Shown here: one piece after another, positions 30,104 to 39,343 of the stretch
Layout: each line of letters opens with the position of its first letter
Numbering within the stretch: the stretch's first letter is position 1
Source: an uncultured Clostridium sp.
Lineage (GTDB): Bacteria > Bacillota > Clostridia > TANB77 > CAG-508
Reading direction: 5' to 3'
DNA: 59,616 nt
NCBI GenBank assembly: GCA_948471115.1
Contig: CAOKRJ010000003.1
Coordinates: forward strand, 1-59,616
Made by a program: the position numbers and the translations under genes
Notes under the pieces: generated by a model
The model's input: the letters and a program-made list of their open reading frames with translations, nothing else
What the model was told of the DNA's origin: nothing
Database searches by the model: none

Positions 30104-30702
30104 ATTTCTCTTCTCCCTTCAAGTGCTTTTGTTAACGTTATTTCATCTGCGTATTCTATATCTCCTCCAACTGGAACTCCATGTGCTATTCTTGTTACTT
30201 TTATTCCAAATGGCTTAATTAGTTTTGATAGATACATTGCTGTTGCTTCCCCTTCTACTCTTGGGTTTGTTGCTATTATTACTTCTTCTATTTTTTCTTC
30301 TCCTGCTAGCCTGTTTAATAATTCTTTTATTTTTATATCTTCTGGTCCAATTCCATTCATTGGTGAAATTGAGCCATGTAATACATGATATACTCCTTTA
30401 TATTCGTGTGTTCTTTCCATTGCTATTATGTCTCTTACATCTTCTACTACACATATACTTGAATGATTTCTTTTTTCGTTTCCACATATAGGGCATGGGT
30501 CTGTGTCTGTTATGTTAAAACATTTCGAACAGTATTTTAGGTTTTTCTTTGCGTTTAATATTGAATTTATGAAATCTTGCGTTTCTTGCTCATTTGCGTT
30601 TAACATATGAAATGCTAGTCTTGCTGCTGTTTTGCTTCCTATACTTGGTAATTTTGCGAAACTTTCTATTAGTTTTTCTATTGATGGCGAGTAATACGAC
30701 AT
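30100..30702 (-). CDS. recR: recombination protein RecR
   Basis: HhH ([15 protein letters not shown]), C4 zinc finger [16 protein letters not shown], and a Toprim domain. The TGA stop overlaps the downstream ATG as ATGA. Confidence 0.95.
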   Translation of the reverse strand: MSYYSPSIEKLIESFAKLPSIGSKTAARLAFHMLNANEQETQDFINSILNAKKNLKYCSKCFNITDTDPCPICGNEKRNHSSICVVEDVRDIIAMERTHEYKGVYHVLHGSISPMNGIGPEDIKIKELLNRLAGEEKIEEVIIATNPRVEGEATAMYLSKLIKPFGIKVTRIAHGVPVGGDIEYADEITLTKALEGRREI

Positions 30703-30767
30703 TTATTTTTTCACCTTTCTATTTTAAGGTTGAATAATTATTGTTCAACTTTTTATAATAAGTTATG

Positions 30768-31112
30768 TTACATTAAACCTGGTATATTATATTTCCCTAA
30801 TGCTACGTTCTGTGCCTCATCTACTTTTCTTAGTGCTTCATTTATGCATGTTAGTATTAAGTCTTGTAACATTTCTACATCTTCTGGGTCTACTACATCT
30901 TGTTTTATTTTTATTGTTTTTATTGTTTTTGCTCCTGTTACAGTTGCTTCTACTGCTCCGCCTCCTGCTGTTGCTGAGAATTCTTTTACTGATAGTTCTT
31001 CTTGTGATTTTTCAACGTCTGCTTGCATCTTTTTTGCTTCTTTCATTAGTTGATTGATGTTCATTCCTCCAAGTCCTTTCATTCCTCCTGGAAATCCTCC
31101 TCTTTTTGCCAT
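30768..31112 (-). CDS. ybaB: nucleoid-associated protein YbaB/EbfC
   Basis: 114 aa with the MMKEAKKMQ...FSATAGGGAVEATVTG pattern, in dnaX-ybaB-recR order. Confidence 0.9.
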   Translation of the reverse strand: MAKRGGFPGGMKGLGGMNINQLMKEAKKMQADVEKSQEELSVKEFSATAGGGAVEATVTGAKTIKTIKIKQDVVDPEDVEMLQDLILTCINEALRKVDEAQNVALGKYNIPGLM

Positions 31113-31155
31113 TTTTTATCATCCTTTCTTTTTATAAGTTTAGAATTTTTATGTT

Positions 31156-32862
31156 TTATTCGTCTATATAATTTATATCTATTCCTAAATTTGCTAAATC
31201 ATCTAACGAGTTTATGTTGCTTTCTTTGTCTGTTTCTGTTTTATTTTCTTTTATTGTTTTAGCTTGTGTGCTCTTTTTATTTTCAACTGTCTTTGCTGGT
31301 TTGTCTATATATCTTATTTGCATTTCTTTTCCACATGCAATAGATACTAGCTTTTCAACTTCTTTTTTGTTTTCATTTTGCTCTAATAATCTTTTTCTAA
31401 AATCATTTAGTCCTCCTTGGAATTCTATTCCTATTGTCATGTCATTTAATTCTACTGCTCTTGAGTTTAATAAGTTTGCATATATCATGACTTTTCCATT
31501 ACTTTTTAATTGTTGTAGAATATTGGGCCAAAATTCTTGTGATTTTAGATTTTCTGTGCTTATTGTTTGTTTTTTTTCATTTTGATTGTCAATTTCGAAT
31601 GTTTTTTGTTCATTGCTTGTTTGTATTACTTTGTTTTCTTCTTTTTGTGTTTTTATATTTTCTTTTGTAGTACTTATTTCCCTAGGTGCTTTATTTTGAA
31701 TTTGTATTGGCATTGTATTGTTTGTTATTCCTTTTTGCATTTTGCTTTCTAGTGTCTTTATCCTTTCTTCTAGACTTTTTGTTTCTTCATTTATACATAG
31801 ATTTATTATTCCTGTTTGGAATATTATTGTTTTTTGTGTTGATTGTTTTACTTTGTTTTCCATTTCTGAAAGTTTTAATATTATGTTTAATAGTCTATCT
31901 TTTGATGTTTTTTCTGCTATCTTTTTTATCTTGCTTATTTCTTCATTGCTATATATTTCTAATTTTTTTCCTATTTTTGCAACTAATATGTCTTTTGTGT
32001 ATCTTATCATTTCCCATAAAAAATTTGTTAAATCTTTTCCTTCTTTTATAATATTGTCTATTTCGTCTATTGCTTTTTCTATATTGTTGTCTATTATTGC
32101 TTCTATGGTGTTGCTTACATAAGCTAGTTTTGGAATTCCTACTAAATCTTTTATTTTATCTACATCTATACTGCTTTCTCCATCTTGTATACATCTTTCT
32201 AAAATGCTTAGGGCGTCTCTCATTGCTCCTTCTGATAGTATAGCTATTAGGCTTAGTGCTTCTTCATTAATCTCTACTTCACTTTTTTCGCATACTAGTT
32301 TTAGTCTTTTTGATATGTCTTCGTTTGATATTTTTTTGAAGTCAAATCTTTGGCACCTTGAAAGTATTGTCGCTGGTAATTTCTGTGGTTCTGTTGTTGC
32401 TAATATGAATTTTACATGTTCTGGAGGTTCTTCTAATGTTTTTAATAGTGCATTAAATGCTCCTGTTGATAACATGTGTACCTCATCTATTATGTATATT
32501 CTGTATTTTGCACGTGTTGGAAGAAAGTTTACTTCGTTTCTTATTTCTCTTATGTCTTCTACACTGTTGTTTGATGCGGCATCCATTTCTACTACGTCTG
32601 TTAGGGAACTGTCTAGTATTGCTTTACAGATTTCACATTCATTACATGGTTCTCCTTCTTTAGGGTTTTCACAGTTTACTGCTCTTGCTAGTATTTTTGC
32701 TATCGATGTTTTACCTGTTCCTCTTGTTCCATTTAGGAGATACGCATGCCCTACTCGTCCTGTCTTTATTTGATTTTTTAATGTTGTTTTTATGTGTTCT
32801 TGTCCAACTACTTCTGAGAAGGTCTTTGGTCTAAATGCTCTATATAATGCTGTATACGCCAT
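31156..32862 (-). CDS. dnaX: DNA polymerase III gamma/tau subunit
   Basis: Walker A GTRGTGKTS, Zn module CNECEIC, and box KTLEEPPEHVKFILATTE. Confidence 0.95.
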   Translation of the reverse strand: MAYTALYRAFRPKTFSEVVGQEHIKTTLKNQIKTGRVGHAYLLNGTRGTGKTSIAKILARAVNCENPKEGEPCNECEICKAILDSSLTDVVEMDAASNNSVEDIREIRNEVNFLPTRAKYRIYIIDEVHMLSTGAFNALLKTLEEPPEHVKFILATTEPQKLPATILSRCQRFDFKKISNEDISKRLKLVCEKSEVEINEEALSLIAILSEGAMRDALSILERCIQDGESSIDVDKIKDLVGIPKLAYVSNTIEAIIDNNIEKAIDEIDNIIKEGKDLTNFLWEMIRYTKDILVAKIGKKLEIYSNEEISKIKKIAEKTSKDRLLNIILKLSEMENKVKQSTQKTIIFQTGIINLCINEETKSLEERIKTLESKMQKGITNNTMPIQIQNKAPREISTTKENIKTQKEENKVIQTSNEQKTFEIDNQNEKKQTISTENLKSQEFWPNILQQLKSNGKVMIYANLLNSRAVELNDMTIGIEFQGGLNDFRKRLLEQNENKKEVEKLVSIACGKEMQIRYIDKPAKTVENKKSTQAKTIKENKTETDKESNINSLDDLANLGIDINYIDE

Positions 32863-32885
32863 GTTTTCCCCCTTTATTTAATATA

Positions 32886-33018
32886 AAAAAATCCAACTCC
32901 TCTAGGGAAAGTACACTTCACATAAATGCACTATTTATCGCTGCTTTCTTCCGAACCTGACGAGATTCATAGCTTTTTATTGAAATCTACTCTCCATACA
33001 AGAGTCAGATTTTTAAAC
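32886..33018 (-). ncRNA. ffs: signal recognition particle RNA, short (4.5S-like) form
   Basis: The minus strand contains CGUCAGGUUCGGAAGAAAGCAGCG (domain IV with GGAA tetraloop). Flanking arms pair, e.g. GGAGAGUAGAUUUCA with UGAAGUGUACUUUCC. It ends in GGAUUUUUUU and sits in the classical position upstream of dnaX. Confidence 0.8.
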
Positions 33019-33025
33019 TTATATT

Positions 33026-33054
33026 ATTATACATCTTATTTATTTTTTTTTCAA
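33026..33054 (-). promoter_or_regulatory. sigma-A promoter of the SRP RNA gene
   Basis: Minus strand reads TTGAAA (33049-33054), 17 nt, TATAAT (33026-33031). Confidence 0.55.
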
Positions 33055-33059
33055 TGTTT

Positions 33060-33812
33060 TTATCTTAAATTTCTTCTAAAAATTATTTCTTTTAAATTGG
33101 TCTTTTCATAATGAGATGTTCCTTCTTCTATTATATTTCCTGATGGCAAGTCTAATGTTGCTGTTCCTGTATATATCATGTCTGATTTTAATTTTATTGA
33201 TATATCAAATGATATTTTACATTGTATGTCTTTATATTCTATGTTTTGCTCTTTTAGTATTGTTCCATCTTGCTTTATTTCGTCTTTGTTTGATATGTAT
33301 GTTCCGATGTCTTCTAGTGCATATCTAAATAGTATTAATCCTCCTTGATTTGCTATTTCTAAGTTTTTTATGCTCGTGTTTTCTTTTCCTGTATATTCTA
33401 ATTTTTCTTTTATTTCATTTTCTTCTGTGTTTTCATATGTTATTTTTTCTTTTTCTGTAGGTTTGTATAGTTTTATTGTTCCTATTTTGGGTGCTTCTAT
33501 TATTTGTAAGTTGTCTATTATTATTTTGTCTATTATTTCTGTTTCTTCATAGTTTTTGTTTTTTGAGATTTCTAAATATATATCATTGTTTTGCGAAAGT
33601 TTTAGGTTCCATTTGTTTTCTGTTTGCTCACTTTCTATGTCATTTCCTTCTGCTGTGCTTATTACCATTATTTTTGATAGTTCAAATGGTAAATTGTCTT
33701 CTCCTTCTACATTATATTTTAATATTAATAATGCTATTATTGTTGCTATTAGAACTGTTATTAAGATTGCGATGAATATATGTATTATTTTTTTTATTAT
33801 TTGGTCTTGCAT
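33060..33812 (-). CDS. hypothetical membrane-anchored protein
   Basis: 250 aa with one N-terminal TM (IIHIFIAILITVLIATIIALLIL) and a Glu/Lys/Ile-rich ectodomain. No family recognised. Confidence 0.6.
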   Translation of the reverse strand: MQDQIIKKIIHIFIAILITVLIATIIALLILKYNVEGEDNLPFELSKIMVISTAEGNDIESEQTENKWNLKLSQNNDIYLEISKNKNYEETEIIDKIIIDNLQIIEAPKIGTIKLYKPTEKEKITYENTEENEIKEKLEYTGKENTSIKNLEIANQGGLILFRYALEDIGTYISNKDEIKQDGTILKEQNIEYKDIQCKISFDISIKLKSDMIYTGTATLDLPSGNIIEEGTSHYEKTNLKEIIFRRNLR

Positions 33813-33828
33813 ATTTTGTTCTCCTTTG

Positions 33829-34287
33829 TTACTTTTTTTGCCTTAATTCTTTGAAGAATTTTTTTAGCATTTCTTTACATTCTTTTTGATGTATTCCTTC
33901 TTCTTTTTGTACGTTATAGTTTTGCTTGTATTCTTCTAATACATTTGTTACTGATCCACATGCTCCATTTTTTTCGTCCATTGTTCCTATGTATATTTTA
34001 TCTAGTCTTGCATTTATTATTGCTCCTGCGCACATTGGACATGGCTCTAGTGTTACATACATCTCACATCCATTTAGTCTCCATACTCCTATTTTTTTAC
34101 TTGCTTTTTTTATTGCTATTATTTCTGCATGCATTGTGGTGTCTGCTTTTTCCTCTTTTTGATTGTGTCCTCTTGCTATTATTTTTCCATTCTTTACTAT
34201 TACCGCTCCTATTGGTACTTCTAATTTTCCGTAGGCTTTCTTAGCTTCTTTTATTGCTTCTTTCATGAATTTTTCTTTTTCTTCCAT
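33829..34287 (-). CDS. tadA: tRNA-specific adenosine deaminase
   Basis: HAEIIAI and TLEPCPMCAGAI zinc motifs. GGAGAG lies 4-5 nt before the ATG at 34287; the ORF-track ATG at 34299 abuts the tRNA. Confidence 0.9.
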   Translation of the reverse strand: MEEKEKFMKEAIKEAKKAYGKLEVPIGAVIVKNGKIIARGHNQKEEKADTTMHAEIIAIKKASKKIGVWRLNGCEMYVTLEPCPMCAGAIINARLDKIYIGTMDEKNGACGSVTNVLEEYKQNYNVQKEEGIHQKECKEMLKKFFKELRQKK

Positions 34288-34301
34288 TTTACTCTCCATT
34301 T

Positions 34302-34377
34302 TGGTGTGCCCAGGCCGACTCGAACGGCCATCGGTTGCTTAGGAGGCAACTGCTCTATCCAGCTAAGCTATGAGCAC
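34302..34377 (-). tRNA. tRNA-Arg(CCU), CCA encoded
   Basis: The reverse complement GTGCTCATAGCTTAGCTGGATAGAGCAGTTGCCTCCTAAGCAACCGATGGCCGTTCGAGTCGGCCTGGGCACACCA folds as a cloverleaf. The anticodon loop is CUCCUAA. Confidence 0.9.
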
Positions 34378-34450
34378 ATTTACTTGCCTATTATATTATA
34401 TTTTTTTCTTATTTTCAAGCGTTTATTTAAATTATAATAATCTCCATTAA

Positions 34451-34470
34451 GGGCACAGTGCACTGTGCCC
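34451..34470 (-). terminator. GGGGCAC-type hairpin (copy 5, after pgcA)
   Basis: GGGCACAGTGCACTGTGCCC is a perfect 20-nt palindrome, 66 nt after the pgcA stop. Confidence 0.45.
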
Positions 34471-34535
34471 TTACAGTATTAATCTTTATGATTTACTAGA
34501 ATTCTATTTGACCGAATTGCCAAAATTCTCTGTAT

Positions 34536-36263
34536 CTATTGGCATGTAGTTATTTTTATCATTGCATTTTTTAGTTCTTCTAATTCTTTTTGCACGGTTT
34601 CATAATCATCTGATTTTACTCCGAAGTACATTTTTATTTTTGGCTCTGTTCCTGATGGACGTATACAACACCAGTTCTCGTTTTCTAATTCATAGTATAA
34701 AACATTTGATTTTTGCAATTCCGTAGTTTTTTCTTCTCCTGTTTTTAGATTTCTATATTTCATTTGTTCGTAGTCATATATTGATATTATGTTGTGCTTT
34801 CCTATTTGTTTTGGTGGGTTTCTTCTTATTTTCTCCATTGTTTCTTTTATTTTTATTGCTCCTTCTGCACCTTTTATTGTTATTGTATATTGGTCTTCTA
34901 AGTAATAACCATATTTTTTGTAAATGTTTTGCATTTGCTCATATATGCTTATTCCCTTGTTTTTGTAAAAGGCTGCTAGTTCGCAAAGACTCATTACTCC
35001 TATTACCCCATCTTTATCTCTTACATGTGTCCCTATAATGCATCCAAAACTTTCTTCAAATGAAAATAATATTTTATATTTGTTTTCCTTTTCATTTTCT
35101 CTTATTATTTGAGCTACATTTTTAAATCCTGTTAAAGTTTTAAATAGTTTTAGCTTGTATTCTTTCGTAATAGCTTCTGCTAAATTTGATGATACTATTG
35201 TTTTTATCATTGCCCCATTTTCTGGCATTATATTTTTTTCTTTCATTTGTGAGAATATATATTCTGCTATTAGTAAACTTGTCATATTTCCATTAAATCT
35301 AGCATATTCTCCATTGTTGTCTCTTACAAACATTCCTTCTCTGTCTGAGTCTGGATCGTTTGCAAGTATTATGTCTGCTTCTACTTTTTTTGCTAATTCT
35401 ATTGCAAGTTTAAATGCCTTTGGATCTTCTGGATTTGGATATTCTACTGTTGGAAAACTCCCATCTGGTGTCATTTGTTCTTCTACTGTGTATACTTTTT
35501 TGAATCCTAGTTCTGATAATACTCTTATTACAAGTTTTCCTCCTGTTCCATGTAATGGTGTGTATACGATTTTTAATTTTTCTGCTTGCTCTTTTATTGC
35601 TTCTAGGTTTAATATATTTTTCTTTATTTCTTCTATATATCTGTCATCTATTTCTTTTCCTATAGTATTATATAGTCCTTTTTGTATTGCTTCTTGCTTG
35701 TTCATCATTGTTATTTTTGAGTAGTCTGTTATTTTTTTCACCTCATTTATAATTCCTTCATCTATTGGTGATATTATTTGTGCTCCGTCTTCCCAGAATA
35801 CTTTATATCCATTATATTCTGGTGGGTTATGGCTTGCTGTTATTACTATTCCTGATATACATTTTAATTCCCTTACTGCAAATGATAGTTCTGGAGTTGG
35901 TGCTAGCTCTTTAAATATATATGTTTTTATTCCTTTTGAGTTTAATATTAGTGCTACTTCTTCACTGAATTCTTTTGACATGTGCCTACAATCATATGCT
36001 ATTGCTACTCCTTTGTTTTGTCCATTGTTTTTTATTATGTATTCTGCAAGTCCTAATGTTGCTTTTCCTACTGTGTATTTGTTCATTCTGTTCGTTCCAT
36101 AACCGATTACTCCTCTTAGTCCTCCTGTTCCGAATTCTAAGTCTTTGTAAAATCTGTCTTCTATTTCTTTTTCATTATTCTTTATGCTTTCTAATTCTTC
36201 TTTTACTTCTTCTGCAAGATTGGGGTTGTTTAACCATTCTTCATATTTTTCTTTATAATTCAT
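34536..36263 (-). CDS. pgcA: alpha-phosphoglucomutase
   Basis: GTGGLRG, the active-site TASHNPPEYNGYK motif, and 575 aa, similar in size to B. subtilis PgcA. Confidence 0.9.
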   Translation of the reverse strand: MNYKEKYEEWLNNPNLAEEVKEELESIKNNEKEIEDRFYKDLEFGTGGLRGVIGYGTNRMNKYTVGKATLGLAEYIIKNNGQNKGVAIAYDCRHMSKEFSEEVALILNSKGIKTYIFKELAPTPELSFAVRELKCISGIVITASHNPPEYNGYKVFWEDGAQIISPIDEGIINEVKKITDYSKITMMNKQEAIQKGLYNTIGKEIDDRYIEEIKKNILNLEAIKEQAEKLKIVYTPLHGTGGKLVIRVLSELGFKKVYTVEEQMTPDGSFPTVEYPNPEDPKAFKLAIELAKKVEADIILANDPDSDREGMFVRDNNGEYARFNGNMTSLLIAEYIFSQMKEKNIMPENGAMIKTIVSSNLAEAITKEYKLKLFKTLTGFKNVAQIIRENEKENKYKILFSFEESFGCIIGTHVRDKDGVIGVMSLCELAAFYKNKGISIYEQMQNIYKKYGYYLEDQYTITIKGAEGAIKIKETMEKIRRNPPKQIGKHNIISIYDYEQMKYRNLKTGEEKTTELQKSNVLYYELENENWCCIRPSGTEPKIKMYFGVKSDDYETVQKELEELKNAMIKITTCQ

Positions 36264-36374
36264 ATTTTCCTCCTTTTATATTAATTCAAAATAATAAAAA
36301 TATGCATTTTAATGAATTTTGAATGAAATATTCTAGAATTTCTTAATCTATATTTATACATTTCAGGATTCAGT

Positions 36375-36456
36375 AAAATTTGCTTCGCAAATTTTCCATG
36401 CTTGGTTTGTAAGAATATAAAAAGAATAAAATGAATTTTCTTCTTTTTATATTCTT
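36375..36456 (-). other. Two strong hairpins in the galU-pgcA intergenic region
   Basis: A perfect 16-bp AT-only stem AAGAATATAAAAAGAA / TTCTTTTTATATTCTT lies at 36411-36456. A 9-bp stem AAAATTTGC-TTC-GCAAATTTT lies at 36375-36395. Confidence 0.4.
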
Positions 36457-36552
36457 TCTCAATTACACCATATAATAAATCTAAAATTTCTGTGTATGAA
36501 GTGAGCTTTCTTTAAATAAGTATTTTTATTATCTTGACTTAGTTATTAAATT

Positions 36553-36575
36553 AGGACACATTTTTATGTGCCCCT
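36553..36575 (-). terminator. GGGGCAC-type hairpin (copy 6, after galU)
   Basis: Minus strand reads AGGGGCACAU-aaaa-AUGUGUCCU, with a G-U wobble or bulge only in the minus orientation. It starts 4 nt after the galU stop. Confidence 0.45.
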
Positions 36576-36579
36576 ATAA

Positions 36580-37455
36580 TTATATATCTAATCCTTTTAG
36601 GAATTTTATAAATGGCTCTCTTAGTTCTGGTCTGTTTAGCGTTTCATCTACTGCTGCCATTACAAATCCTAGTTTATCTCCTGAATCAAATCTCTTACTT
36701 TTGTAATCATATGCATATACTCCTTCTTTTGTGTCTACCATGGCATTATATGCATCTGTTACTTGTATTTCTCCACCTTGACCTGGTTTCGTTTTTGCTA
36801 AGTATTCAAATATTTCTGGCATTAGAATATGTCTATCAGATATTGCTAAATTTGATTTTGTTTCTGATATTTGTGGTTTTTCTTGTAGCTTTTCGGCTTT
36901 ATAGAAGCCTTCTGATATTTGTACTCCTGATACATTTCCATATCTAGGGACATCTTTCCAGTCTACTTTTTCTACTCCTATTACAGAACCTCCACATTCT
37001 TCATGTTTTTCTATAATTTCTTTTAGACATGGCTTTTCTCCGTGGAATACAACGTCTCCATATAGTATAGCAAATGGTTCATTTCCAATTATATCTTTTG
37101 CTTGATATATTGCATGACCTAATCCTTTTGCTCCTCCATCTTGTTCTATGAAATGTATCTTTGCTCCATGTGATATATTTGTAACTAGTGGTAAAAATTT
37201 TTCCTTATTTCTTTCGATTAAAAATTTTTTTAGTTCTTCATCTTCTTTAAAATAGTCTTGAACGACTTCTTTTTTTCTTCCTATTACCATTACTATTTCT
37301 TCAATTCCTGAAACAACTGCTTCATCAACAATGTATTGTATTATTGGTTTATCAAGTATTGTTAACATACATTTAGGAACTGATTTACATGCAGGTAAAA
37401 ATCTAGTTGCAAATCCAGCAATTGGTATAACAGCTTTTCTAACGCTCATTTTCAT
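36580..37455 (-). CDS. galU: UTP-glucose-1-phosphate uridylyltransferase
   Basis: KAVIPIAGFATRFLPACKSVPKCML and DKPIIQYIVDEAVVSGIEEI match the GalU/GtaB N-terminal signature. Confidence 0.9.
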   Translation of the reverse strand: MKMSVRKAVIPIAGFATRFLPACKSVPKCMLTILDKPIIQYIVDEAVVSGIEEIVMVIGRKKEVVQDYFKEDEELKKFLIERNKEKFLPLVTNISHGAKIHFIEQDGGAKGLGHAIYQAKDIIGNEPFAILYGDVVFHGEKPCLKEIIEKHEECGGSVIGVEKVDWKDVPRYGNVSGVQISEGFYKAEKLQEKPQISETKSNLAISDRHILMPEIFEYLAKTKPGQGGEIQVTDAYNAMVDTKEGVYAYDYKSKRFDSGDKLGFVMAAVDETLNRPELREPFIKFLKGLDI

Positions 37456-37598
37456 TCCTCCTATTATGTTATAATATTTTAGTTTTTTGCTATGTCATCG
37501 TATACCAAATTTCGAAATTTGTCAACAATATTTTCTATTATATTACATATTATTACAAATTATCTTGCTTTCTTTTATAATTATGTTGAAGTTTGCTT

Positions 37599-38132
37599 TT
37601 ACATTGCTTGTTTTCTATGTCCTTCAAACATTGCTTCTACTGGATATTCACCTGATGTATTAATAATATACTCATGTTCATTTAATATTGAGTTTATATT
37701 ACTATTGAATTCAGATACTTCATAGCAATTAATTATATTAATATGTATTCCTTCTATTTTGTCAATATTCATATCTAACCAATATTCAAGGTTTTTATTT
37801 ATATTGTCTATTTCTTTTTTTGCTCCATTTATTATGATTTCTATATCATTGCCATTTTTTATTACTTTGTCCATATAGTCTTTAATATAACTAAAATCGC
37901 CTTCTTCTGTGTTTTCCCAATTTATATTTAATACTTTTGCTTTTGTTATGTCATTTATATGTAATTTTGATACTAATTCTCTTATTTCTTTTTTTATATT
38001 GTAGTTTAATATTGTGTCAATTTTTACTCCTTTTTCTATTTTTGTTACTATATGTGGTAATAACATTGTTGCTAAATGATATTCACTTACATAAAATCCA
38101 CATGTTTTTCTTATATAATTTCTAAAAATCAT
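37599..38132 (-). CDS. hypothetical protein (weak MEDS-domain resemblance)
   Basis: 177 aa. The YVSEYHLATMLLPHI start and ...IINCYEV...ILNEHEYII end are reminiscent of MEDS sensory domains. Judged by eye only. Confidence 0.5.
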   Translation of the reverse strand: MIFRNYIRKTCGFYVSEYHLATMLLPHIVTKIEKGVKIDTILNYNIKKEIRELVSKLHINDITKAKVLNINWENTEEGDFSYIKDYMDKVIKNGNDIEIIINGAKKEIDNINKNLEYWLDMNIDKIEGIHINIINCYEVSEFNSNINSILNEHEYIINTSGEYPVEAMFEGHRKQAM

Positions 38133-38312
38133 TTGTACCCCCTCCTATGTTTTACTGGGAAATTTTACCACCATTTTTTCGATGAGTCAACCCTTTATTC
38201 ACTTTTTTATTATTTTCTTTTCGACATTTCCGTATGTTTATCTCGTTTTTTTGTTTTTAGTTTCTATTTTCTCCTATTTTTTTATTTAATTTTTTTATTT
38301 GATAAGAGATAT

Positions 38313-38342
38313 GTATATTATTTATTTTTTTTGGAAATAATG
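38313..38342 (+). promoter_or_regulatory. candidate sigma-F promoter of spoIIR
   Basis: GTATA (38313-38317), 15 nt, GGAAATAATG (38333-38342). This fits GYATA-N15-GGnRAnAnTW except at the last base. spoIIR is a classical sigma-F gene. Confidence 0.45.
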
Positions 38343-38386
38343 ATTACATACAATTTTTTACATATCAGGAAAGGAAATGATGTTTT

Positions 38387-39028
38387 ATGAAAAAAAATAT
38401 TTTTACTGCTTTTGTTATTTTATTTTTATTTTTTATATTTATAATTGTTTGTGCTAATTCTTATGTTTCTGCTGTTTCTTCTAATATTTCTTCTTCTGTT
38501 TTTAGATTACACGTTATTGCAAATAGTGATTCTTCAGATGATCAAAATTTGAAGCTTATTGTTAGGGATAGTGTTTTGAATTATATGAATTCTTTAGTTG
38601 ATACTAATATCTCCTCAAAGGAAAAAATTATGGAAATTGTTTCTGATAATTTAGAGAATTTTAAGTCTATTGCCCAAGATACTGTTTATGAAAATGGTTA
38701 TGATTATGATGTTAATGTTGAGATTGGAAATTTTACTTTTCCTACAAAAGCTTACGGAGATATAGCTTTGCCTACTGGTTATTATGATGCTTTAAGGGTT
38801 ACTATTGGTGATGCTAAGGGTAAAAACTGGTGGTGTGTGATGTTTCCTCCTCTTTGTTTTGTAGATGTTTCTTCTGGTGTTGTTCCTGAAGATTCTAAGG
38901 AGACTTTGGAAGAAAGCTTATCTGATGAAGAATATGAGCTAATTTCTGGTAGTTCAACCGAATTTGAGGTTAAATTTAAGTTTGTAGAGTTTTTTGAGAA
39001 CTTTAAAAATACATTTGCAAAAAGATAG
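38387..39028 (+). CDS. spoIIR: stage II sporulation protein R
   Basis: Signal or TM N-terminus, FRLHVIANSDS, and GKNWWCVMFPPLCF motifs. Confidence 0.9.
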   Translation: MKKNIFTAFVILFLFFIFIIVCANSYVSAVSSNISSSVFRLHVIANSDSSDDQNLKLIVRDSVLNYMNSLVDTNISSKEKIMEIVSDNLENFKSIAQDTVYENGYDYDVNVEIGNFTFPTKAYGDIALPTGYYDALRVTIGDAKGKNWWCVMFPPLCFVDVSSGVVPEDSKETLEESLSDEEYELISGSSTEFEVKFKFVEFFENFKNTFAKR

Positions 39029-39045
39029 TGCATTTTCAAATCAAA

Positions 39046-39073
39046 TTGACATATTATATAAATTATTTATAAT
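39046..39073 (+). promoter_or_regulatory. near-consensus sigma-A promoter of the 55-aa ORF
   Basis: TTGACA (39046-39051), 16 nt, TATAAT (39068-39073). The palindrome ATTCAAATTGAAT lies just downstream. Confidence 0.5.
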
Positions 39074-39128
39074 TCTAATGGATTCAAATTGAATATGTAA
39101 ACAATACTTACTTATAAGGAGGTAAGCT

Positions 39129-39296
39129 ATGGAAAAATTTTTTGATCCAAATCTAAAAACACAAGGCAAATATGTTTTCTTTGATCCTCCAAAAGAGGTA
39201 ATATGGAATTCGTTTTCGCCTTCTCCACATGAAAGGGATACTGGAGATTTTCCAGAATCCACACATGAAGTTGAAAATATGGATTTAGATTATTGA
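39129..39296 (+). CDS. small hypothetical protein (55 aa)
   Basis: Not in the ORF track. AAGGAGG lies 6 nt before the ATG at 39129. Translation is MEKFFDPNLKTQGKYVFFDPPKEVIWNSFSPSPHERDTGDFPESTHEVENMDLDY. It has its own promoter and terminator. Confidence 0.5.
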   Translation: MEKFFDPNLKTQGKYVFFDPPKEVIWNSFSPSPHERDTGDFPESTHEVENMDLDY

Positions 39297-39303
39297 CAGC
39301 ACT

Positions 39304-39343
39304 GGGCATTAGCATTTTATATGTTAATGCCCATTTTAATTTT
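39304..39343 (+). terminator. Rho-independent terminator of the 55-aa ORF
   Basis: GGGCATTA (39304-39311) / TAATGCCC (39325-39332), followed by ATTTTAATTTT. Confidence 0.6.

Noticed and set aside
31156-32862. Programmed -1 frameshift in dnaX, as in E. coli tau/gamma.
   Set aside because: There are A-rich runs, as everywhere in this genome. I saw no A-AAA-AAG slippery heptamer followed by a convincing downstream hairpin and a nearby stop in the -1 frame.
33829-34377. A functional link between tadA and the abutting tRNA-Arg gene.
   Set aside because: The adjacent tRNA has anticodon CCU, which TadA does not edit. The real substrate type, tRNA-Arg(ACG), lies 11 kb away at 45508-45583. The adjacency is most likely coincidental.
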